From assembly GCF_006345805.1 (NCBI RefSeq), contig NW_021825840.1, positions 1 to 14,146 of the forward strand: a DNA stretch of 14,146 nt. The letters are read 5' to 3'. Each line of letters opens with the position of its first letter. Position 1 is the stretch's first letter. The notes beneath the pieces are model-generated. The model made no database searches, was not told the origin of the DNA, and was given only the letters and a program-made list of their open reading frames with translations. This document shows, piece by piece, positions 1-8,720 of the stretch. The DNA is from Octopus sinensis. Its lineage: Eukaryota. Made by a program: the position numbers and the translations under genes.

Positions 1-200
1 CACACACACACACACCACACACACACACACACACACATATATACATATATATATATATATGAACTTTGTGTGTGAGTTTGTGTATGTCTGTGTGTGTATG
101 TGTCCGTGCGTATATATGTGTGTGTGAATCTATGTTTATATACTTGTATGAGTGTATATGTGTGTGTGTGCATATGTTTTATGGTAAACATGAATATCTG
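1..200. repeat. Compound (CA)n/(TA)n/(TG)n microsatellite
   Basis: Directly visible dinucleotide runs; may continue beyond the window start. Confidence 0.95.
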
Positions 201-384
201 TCTCTATCACTATCTCTCTCGCCCTCTCACCTCATCTCTTTCATCATCGTCTCTCTCTCTCTTATTCCCCACCACCACACCTTTCTCTCCCTACGCCTCC
301 CTCCTTCTGAAGAAATAGCAAATTCGTTACATTTTAACAGTGACATCAAGACATATATGTCTCATTTTTTCTCACAGAAACACA

Positions 385-398
385 AACTCTCTCTCTCT

Positions 399-449
<51 letters not shown>

Positions 450-468
450 TCTTTTCTCTCTCTCTCTT
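385..468. repeat. (CT)n microsatellite
   Basis: Long ctctct run. Confidence 0.95.
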
Positions 469-498
469 TTATTCCATGGCAGCTGTCAACTAGAAATA

Positions 499-565
499 GG
501 TGCAGGAGTGCCGACCAAAGCCTTGTGAGTGGATTTAGTAGACAGAAACTGAAAGAAGCCCGTCG

Positions 566-643
<78 letters not shown>

Positions 644-877
644 CGTGTGTGTTTGTGTGTCTGTGTTTGTTCCCCTAGCATTGCTTGACAACCGATGCTG
701 GTGTGTTTATGTCCCCGTAACTTAGCGGTTCGGCAAAAAGAGACCGATAGAATAAGTACTGGGCTTACAAAGAATAATAAGTCCCGGGGTCGATTTGCTC
801 GACTAAAGGCGGTGCTCCAGCATGGCCGCAGTCAAATGACTGGAACAAGTAAAAGAGAAAAAAAAAGAGAAAAAGAG
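499..877 (+). mobile_element. tRNA-type SINE family A copy with internal (TA)n/(TG)n tract and deleted tRNA head
   Basis: Aligns with the copies at 10114-10417 (+) and 11226-11388 (-), e.g. gaaactgaaagaagcccgtcg and tcgactaaaggcggtgctccagcatggccgcag; A-rich 3' end (aaaagag)n. About 96 nt present in the 11226-11388 copy are missing after position 510. Confidence 0.85.
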
Positions 878-1310
878 ACATACCTATGTCTTGTTCCTCG
901 ACTAAACTCCTTATTTCACGTTTATTTCAAGAAATTCGACATCACTAATATGGCGTCCATCCTAAAACAGCGATTCTCGTTTTATTAATTTTTACTCTTT
1001 TTTTTATTGCAATTTTCTGTTTCTTATTTCGTCTCCAAGTTATTTTTTATAGGGGAAGCTCTTTGTTTCTTTCTGGTGGTCGGTAAAGCTATTATTGTTG
1101 CGATTGTTGCTGGTGTAGTGAAATTTTTACTTTTGTTTTTTTTTAAATAGTCATTCTTTTCTTCCTCTCTCTCTCTTCTCTGTTCCCAATCCTCCTCCTT
1201 CCACCACTATGACTATTACTCCTTTTCTCCTCCTAATCCTCCCGCCGAAACTACACCTGATTATATATACACACTTTAGATGAGTTGTAGTGTACCTGAG
1301 CACTGTACAC

Positions 1311-1311
<1 letters not shown>

Positions 1312-1368
<57 letters not shown>

Positions 1369-1371
1369 TAT
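1312..1371. repeat. (ATT)n microsatellite
   Basis: About 20 ATT units. Confidence 0.95.
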
Positions 1372-2146
1372 CCTTTTTCTTCTATCACTCATCCTCAATC
1401 TCCTCTTTATTTCATTCCTCGTCTTTTTCTTTTACTCCTCCCCTTCCTCTTCTCCAACATCAACTATTACTACTAATACTTCTATACCCTATCTTTCCTC
1501 CATCTCCTCCTCCTTATCCCCTTCTTCTTACTCCTTGTTTTGTCGACATCCTCTTTCTCTTTTTCTCTCTCGCAATTCTGTCACCCATTGCACAAATAAT
1601 ATTCCAGCAATTATCACTACCAACAACAGCAAAAAACAAAAAAAAAGGAAGAAAACCGTTCCCAGTAAAAGACAAATATATGGATACCCACTGAAGTTAT
1701 TTCCCCCACAACATTCAGTTGCATTATGGGATACAGTATTACTACAAACTGTAAACTGTCAAACTAAATAAACATTTCGCGAAGCAATTTGATTGTTTCA
1801 CTTCGCAATCGAAGTTGAAATTCTACCGAGATTGAGTTTAGCAGCAATTCTTCCCCCGTGGTGAGTTCTGTTTATAAAACAAGGAGCAAATCGATTCCTG
1901 CGATCGGTTCAATTGATTGAACCCCTTCAGCCACTAAATATGTGACCCCATCCTACTGCAGTATTTTCTGCCAAGCTGCTTGGATTTGCCATATTTGGCA
2001 ACTGAAACAAAATTTCGTAGTCACTGCCTAACGTTTCCTTGCTAAAATTACACACACACAGATACGAAAGCGCGCGCACATACACATATGTATCTATTCA
2101 CACACACACACACATACATATATACTAGTCAGTTAAGGTGATACAG

Positions 2147-2468
2147 TGTCACGTGACAACTTACTGGGGCTGCCTGCTGGAGCCTAGCGGCAGGTATTTA
2201 AAGGGAAAGATTTGACAAGTCAGCCAGTCACCGGCTGACACTCGCTGACGATACATCGAAGAGGCCAGGGAACAGAAGAAAGAAGAAGAAAGAAGACATG
2301 CACCCAACACCAGAGCTGATGACACCTTCGAAAGAGGGGAGCCCCGCCACGTCAAAACGGTAAAGGAGTAGGGGCCGAAACCGGACTTGGTTCCTCCTGA
2401 TGATGTCTTGAGCTAACTGGATCCTATAAAGGAGGTGTTGCGGTAGCAGACCACGAAACACGGTTGTA
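2147..2468 (+). other. GC-rich repeat-like island with three CTGAYGA motifs; possible degenerate Penelope-like terminal repeat or solo LTR
   Basis: Begins with the 12-bp palindrome tgtcacgtgaca; TATA-like tatttaaa; agaaga purine tract; CTGACGA 2245, CTGATGA 2316 and 2397; GAAAC 2377 and 2455. No TSD found. Confidence 0.3.
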
Positions 2469-2774
2469 ATTCCTATATGTATATATATTCATATACGCCA
2501 ATATACAAACAGTATATATATACATTCAAATATAATTCGCATGGTAAATACTATATACTGACAGTTGGGATTTAGCTAAACCATCCAGCGACGGAATTGA
2601 ATAGTCATGACTAATGAGTTTTAATTTTAAGCGAAACTAGATAAGTATAGTGATCTGGCTCAGTGTGGGAAGGGCGGTTATCGGATCTTTTCGGTTTGAA
2701 CGGCAGTTTTTTCTAGCGGTGTCATATGAAATTGTCACCCATAATTATGACCCTAGATTGCATTTCAATCTCTT

Positions 2775-2821
2775 TTAGGGTTAGGGTTAGTTAGGGTTAG
2801 GGTTGAGGGTGGGGGGAAGGG
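2775..2821 (+). repeat. Telomere-like (TTAGGG)n tract and G-run inside the MITE
   Basis: Four exact TTAGGG units plus TTAG, TTGAGGG and tggggggaaggg. Confidence 0.85.
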
Positions 2822-2940
2822 TATCTTTTTTTCTTCACAAATGTAAATAAACCCAATTTGTCTTTTAAACTAGGGACATATTCTTACAGCACAGAATGCT
2901 TTTTAACTCAATAAACGTCACTGATTGGTTGAAATTGCAG

Positions 2941-3060
2941 AAATTGAAGAAACAAAAGCAACAAATATCTTACAAGCTATAGAATTTTCTCAATAAAGCC
3001 AAATTGAAGAAACAAAAACAACAAATATCTTACAAACTATAGAATTTTCTCAATAAAGCC
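2941..3060. repeat. 60-bp tandem duplication inside the MITE
   Basis: 2941-3000 vs 3001-3060 differ at 2 positions (g/a at 2958/3018 and 2976/3036). Confidence 0.95.
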
Positions 3061-4084
3061 AAGAGAAAAAGATGTTTTATAAACACATTCTACCAGTATA
3101 CGAAGTTTAAAACTTTTTAGTTACCTAGAAATTATGTTAAAAACTGCCGTTCAAACCGAAAAGATCCCGGCTATCTTCCCTGTAATAATACGACTGTAAC
3201 AATATAACTGTGATATTCAATGCGCCTTTTTAATATATCCTTAGGTTTCAGGATAGAGTTTGAGGGATATTTTTCACAGTGCAAATAAACGTATGTAGTC
3301 TTCCTTGTAAATGCATTTCTTTTTTTCCTTTTATTTACTTTTAGTCTCGGTAGTTATTGTTAATTTTATTCTTTAGAATAAAATTACTGTTTTACTTACC
3401 TAACCTACTTCATGGTACCCTTTTACAACCATGAAGACTGGGCCAACGACATTTAAGTAGTTTGTCGGCCATGTTAATGTAGACGCATTTTTCGAAAATA
3501 GTCAGACATTTTGGCTCATAGTTTTGTTATTAAAAAAAGAACTAAGCTAAATTTTTATTTATAATATAACCTAGTTTATGATACCTCTTTTACAGTGAGA
3601 TGAAATCAGCTATAGCGACATACGTGTCTTGGCAACCAAATTATTGGAAATAAATTTTTATTCTTTTTTTTAATATATTATATATATATATACATATATT
3701 TTTATATCTCATTAGTTTTGTCAGCTTTATATATTTTTTTAATAAAAACGTAAAAATATTATATTTTATAATATACCTGATTTCATAATGCACTTTTCTA
3801 GCTAGGTGGACGCACTCAATCAGAATGAAATAGCTTGGCAGTCATATGATTAACATATATACAATTTTTTTCTAAATCTCGTTACTAGCGTTAGTTTCGG
3901 TAACTTTTTATATTAGTAAAACATAAGATATTATTTTATTCATAATATAACCCTAGGCGGGGAATAGGCAGCGATTTTGATACATTGTGATCTTCATTTC
4001 GGATTTTAACGTCATGGTTTCAAATCAAGCTGGAATTACCTTCGACTTTCATTCTTCCGGCGGGAATATTTCCTATTTTCATAT

Positions 4085-4173
4085 CTCTCACTCTCTCACA
4101 TTTTCTCATTCTCTCTCTCTCTCTCTCTATATATATATAATATATAATATATATACATATAATATATATATAG

Positions 4174-4234
<61 letters not shown>

Positions 4235-4246
4235 ATATATAATATA
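4085..4246. repeat. (CT)n/(TA)n compound microsatellite
   Basis: Directly visible. Confidence 0.9.
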
Positions 4247-4277
4247 GGAAAGAATGGAGCTGAACGAAGATTTAACA

Positions 4278-4388
4278 AAATTCCTTTATTTTATTTTCGA
4301 CATATGTTTCGAAGTCTGCAAAGTCCCTAATTCCGAATGAATAAGGAGTCCATTATGCAGCTTTCTCTTCAGGAAAATCCAGGAACTT
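4278..4388 (-). ncRNA. Type I hammerhead ribozyme (Penelope-like/retrozyme-type)
   Basis: Minus strand reads aagttcct gg attttc CTGAAGA gaaag ctgca...tgcag a cttc GAAA catatg TC gaaaat aaaataa aggaattt. All core nucleotides are present. Stem I is 6 bp perfect plus an 8-bp extension; stem II closes with G-C; stem III has a palindromic loop; GUC cleavage predicted between 4299 and 4298. Confidence 0.85.
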
Positions 4389-4614
4389 GATTCTCCAACA
4401 AAATGCACAACAAGTTTTTCGATGACTGCTCTCTAGGAGCCCATAAAGATAATGATAAATAATGTCTATTTGTCTACTTAAATAATATATATATATATAT
4501 CCGCTTCTTGACTGAAGATTGAAGGCTTCGAATGTCCCGTATGTGTTTTATGCATCGTCTTCTAAATGTTTTACGTTCTTGTCCCAGTTTGTATTTTTTA
4601 CACACACACACACA

Positions 4615-4651
<37 letters not shown>

Positions 4652-4830
4652 ATTGTATATATATATATATATTGATAAAAATGGTAAGACAACAAAAGAA
4701 AGAAAGAGACCTCGATATTATGTAAATAGAGGAATTTATCTGTAAATATAATACGTGACAATTATTCGGTAGCCATGATAAAACTCCGAGTTTCTGACGC
4801 CGAGATGGAAATCCACGCCGCCATCGCTTC

Positions 4831-4898
4831 AGTTATCCGGCCAACGGAAAAATGCTATGAAAAGTTTTTCATGGCATTTTTCCGATGGACGGATAACT
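4831..4898. other. 68-nt near-perfect hairpin (31 pairs)
   Basis: agttatccg g cca a cggaaaaatgctatgaaaa gt ttttcatggcatttttccg a tgg a cggataact: 9+3+19 bp, one G-U pair, two 1x1 mismatches. Confidence 0.9.
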
Positions 4899-5122
4899 TT
4901 CTCTTCTTCCTCTCTCTCTGTCTCTGTCTCTCTCTCTCTCTCTTTGTGCCTTTCTATTAATATATATTTCCATGTATGATGTACACACACACACACTCAC
5001 ACGCACATACACACACTCACACTCTCACACACACACACTCTCTCTCTATGCCTTGCTCTAACTGCCTGTGTGCGTGTACGATACACACGCACACTCACTC
5101 ACTCTCTCTCACTCTCTCTCTT

Positions 5123-5264
5123 GCGTAACTGGTTCTTAATTTATCGACCCCGAAAGGATGAAAGGCAAAGTCGACCTCGGCAGAATTTGAACTCAGAACG
5201 TAACGGCAGACGAAATACCTATTTCTTTCGCCCGGTGTACTAACGTTTCTGTCGGCTCCCCGCC
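5123..5264 (-). mobile_element. tRNA-type SINE family B copy, 3'-truncated
   Basis: Reverse complement matches 13570 onward (ggcg..gagc...gttag...ccgggcgaaa; ttctgagttcaaatt..gccgaggtcgactttgcctttcatcc); ends at a (CT)n tract. Confidence 0.9.
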
Positions 5265-5609
5265 TTCTGTAGTCTCTACATTACGCAAATCCGCGTAACA
5301 ACAACATATTCAGCTCCGAAAAACAATTGTAAGGCTGGCAATGCATCGCTTTTCAAAACCACGTTAGTCATTTTAACTTCGAAATTTCTACTCTGCAATA
5401 TATCATACCACCTAGCCTGTGGTATCTGCTATGCAGCTAAGTAGACTGCTATTCATATTTAAATATCAAGACGACCATATTATTTTGGACACGATTTTAA
5501 TATATTTCAATATATTTTGTTCTTTTTTCGTTTTGGAATATTTTTGGTAGAATATTGTTAGTCATTTCAAATTCTCAATTTTTATTAAAAACCAAAATAA
5601 TATCCTGCA

Positions 5610-5994
5610 TACATGTGAGTCTGTGTGTGTGTGTGTGTGTGTGTGAACATGTATATATTCATGTGTGTGTTAGCTGGTGTGTGTGTGCATATATATACAT
5701 GTGTATGATCGCGTCTGTGTGTGTTTATGTGTGTATGTATATATGTATGTGTGTGTATGTATATAGATGTGTGTATGTATATAACCATACATTAATATAG
5801 ACAAGCATACATATACATGCATGTACATATATAAACATATATGTGCACATAAACGTATCTATACATAAATACATAGGTATACATAGATACACATACATAT
5901 ATTTATATATTATATATATATACATACATATACGTATATATATATATATATATATACATACATATACGTAATATAATATAGGATATAATATACG

Positions 5995-6051
<57 letters not shown>

Positions 6052-6419
6052 CGTATATATATATAGAATATATACACATATGTAAATACATACATATATA
6101 GATCCACACAAATATATGCAATCCATACATAAATACACAAACCTCAATTCTATTTTTTATCAAAAAGTATGAAGAGAAATATGTATTTATGCGTTGTATA
6201 TATATATATATATTATATATATATATTATATATATGTATATGTATGTTATATGTATATGTATGTATGTATGGATATATATATATAGTATACATAGATAAC
6301 ATATGTATATAATATATATACATTTATATATGTCCGTATGCGTATGTATGACTGTTTGAATATCTACGTGCGTGTATGTAGTGTATGTACACACACACAC
6401 ATATATATATATATATATG

Positions 6420-6463
<44 letters not shown>

Positions 6464-6480
6464 TTATATATATATATAAA
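5610..6480. repeat. Long degenerate (TG)n/(TA)n/(TACA)n microsatellite field
   Basis: Directly visible; source of the YI/CV-repeat ORFs. Confidence 0.9.
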
Positions 6481-6589
6481 GAGTAATTAAAATTTTCCTT
6501 CTATTTTCTAATTTATTTTTATATTTTTGCCTTCCAAATTTATTTTCTATCTATCAGTGACATCTGAACGAAAAATTGCTTCGACGAGT

Positions 6590-7860
6590 TGGCGGTTATG
6601 GTAGTGATGGTGGTGTTGATGGTAGTGGTGGTTGTGTGGGTGGTGGTGGGGGTTCTAATAGAGGCGATGATATTTGTTGAGAAGCTGAGGAGGGGCGGCT
6701 CATGTGGCTATACTGTTGATGTTGCCGCTGGTAGATAGAGGCGATTGGATGGGGAAGGTTTTAATAGTGGTGGTAGTGTTTGTGGTGATTGTGATGGTAG
6801 CGGTGGTGATTGTCGTTATGGTAATCGGGCTTATAATGGTAATTGTCACAGTGATGTCAGCGGTTGTGGTGGTGGTGGTGGTGGTGGTGGTGCTTCTTAT
6901 GATGATTGTAGTGGGGTTGGTGGTGGTGGTGATGATGGTGATGGTGGTAGTGGTGGTGATGATGGTGATGATTGTAGTGGGGTTGGTGGTGGTGTTCGTG
7001 TTGGTGATAGTAGTGATGGTGGTGATGGTGGTAGTGGTGGTGATGATGGTGATGATGGTAGTGGCGTTGGTGGTGGTGTTCGTGTTGGTGATAGTAGTGA
7101 TGGTGGTGATGGTGGTAGTGGTGGTGATGATGGTGATGGTGGTAGTGGTGGTGATGATGGTGATGATGGTAGTGGCGTTGGTGGTGGTGTTCGTGTTATT
7201 GATAGTGGTGGTGGTGGTGGTGGTGATGGTGGTGGTGGTGGTGATTGTGATGGTGGTAGTGGTGGTGATGATGGTGATGATTGTAGTGGGGTTGGTGGTG
7301 GTGTTCGTGTTGGTGATAGTAGTGATGGTGGTGATGGTGGTAGTGGTGGTGATGATGGTGATGATGGTAGTGGCGTTGGTGGTGGTGTTCGTGCTAGTGA
7401 TAGTGGTGGTGGTGACCTTCGTGTTGGCGGTCGTAGTGGTAGTGACGGTGAAGTTGGTAGTCATGGTGGCGTGGTGCAGCTTCGACTGCTGCTGTTAGAA
7501 TGTTGGTGGTTGTGGTAGCGGTGGTAGTGGTGGTGGTGGTGGGGTGTGGTGGTGGTGTGGTGGTTGTGGTGGTGGTTGGTGGTGGTGGTAGTGGTAGTGG
7601 TGGTGTGGTGGGTGTGGTGGTGGTGGTGTGGTGGTGGTGTGGTGGTGGTGGTGGTGGTGGTGGTGGTGGTGGTGGTGGAGGTGAGCATATCAACGTAACC
7701 GTCGTCGTTGTCATGGTAATGGCTGTACATAGCAGGGGCGGTGGAGGGGGGATATTAGTATTTGTACTGGTTGTTATTGTAGTGGTTGCAGTGTTGGTGT
7801 TTATGTGTCGGTAATTATAGTTGAGACGGTGGTGGTGGCAGTGGTCGTGGTGGTGATAAT
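6590..7860. repeat. GGT/GAT/AGT trinucleotide-based minisatellite with an 84-bp higher-order unit (core about 6900-7410)
   Basis: The unit read in the + frame as GDDGDD(C/G)SGVGGGVRVGDSSDGGDGGSG (28 codons) recurs about 4-5 times; pure (GGT)n near 7630-7680. Confidence 0.9.
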
Positions 7861-7931
7861 TGCGGTGTGTCTATGGGGATGGTCATGGGAAGCGGTGGGG
7901 TGGTTTTCAAGTGACACTTCACGCAACTTAC

Positions 7932-7955
7932 GTCCTCTGGTTCCTGCGCAATTTC
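7932..7955 (-). other. Candidate 24-nt microexon (phase-0 reading EIAQEPED)
   Basis: Minus strand catcctgttgcag|GAAATTGCGCAGGAACCAGAGGAC|gtaagttg: canonical acceptor and GTAAGT donor in a ~100-bp unique island between repeats. No expression evidence. Confidence 0.25.
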
Positions 7956-8009
7956 CTGCAACAGGATGCACATAGTCTTACATTGCCCTTCCAAGTGTAT
8001 GCATAATTG

Positions 8010-8142
8010 TGTGCATGTATGTATACACACACACATATATATATATATATACTCATAAACACATATAGGCACTATAGATACATATATACACATGTATATC
8101 ACACACACATATATGTGATATATATATACGAATATATATTCA

Positions 8143-8194
<52 letters not shown>

Positions 8195-8207
8195 CATACA
8201 TATATAT

Positions 8208-8240
<33 letters not shown>

Positions 8241-8438
8241 GTATGTATATATATATATATTTATATGTATGTAGATATATATATGCATATATATGTATGA
8301 ATGCGTAATTGTCTGTGTGAGTTGGCGTTTGGAAGTTAGTTTCACAGAGAGAAAGACAATATATATAATATATGTATACGTTATATATATATATATATAT
8401 ATATATGTATTATATATATATATATATATATTATATAT

Positions 8439-8470
<32 letters not shown>

Positions 8471-8720
8471 CTGTATGTATATTTACATATATATAAAATA
8501 TGTTATAAATATATATAGGGGTATATATATGTATATATGCATATACGAATGTACGTATATATGCACAGAAATACATACATGCATATATATATATATATTC
8601 ATATATATATATATATAATAACATGGTTAGAAATATACGCTTTTTATGGAACGCATAGCCTGTTTATAGAAGTGTGGATAAAACATTGTGTGTATATATA
8701 TATATGTGTCATGTCTATAT
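8010..8720. repeat. Long degenerate (TA)n/(TG)n microsatellite field
   Basis: Directly visible. Confidence 0.9.

Larger units (their letters stand above)
2683..3167. mobile_element. Complete non-autonomous DNA transposon (MITE), 8-bp TSD class (Merlin- or hAT-like)
   Basis: Perfect 29-bp TIRs: ggatcttttcggtttgaacggcagttttt (2683-2711) and its reverse complement (3139-3167). Flanks cggttatc (2675-2682) and cggctatc (3168-3175) form an 8-bp TSD with 1 mismatch. Confidence 0.9.

Noticed and set aside
487-499. 13-nt identity caactagaaatag with the reverse complement of 11532-11544
   Set aside because: A few 13-mer matches are expected by chance in a 14-kb AT-rich self-comparison.
1053-1082. Plus-strand 30-nt microexon (tttttatag|...tcg|gtaaag)
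   Set aside because: Weak donor, T-rich low-complexity surroundings and no supporting neighbouring exons.
2147-2460. Solo LTR call (TGTCAC...AACA)
   Set aside because: No 4-6 bp TSD (atacag vs cggtt) and no polyadenylation signal; kept only as an alternative.
2775-2821. True telomere or chromosome-fusion site
   Set aside because: Only about 5 units, single orientation, and enclosed by the MITE TIRs.
4505-4545. CTGAAGA (4512-4518) followed by gaaggcttc and GAATGTC as a second hammerhead
   Set aside because: GAAA is absent, there is no stem III, and the bases after GTC do not pair with the bases before the core. At best a decayed relic.
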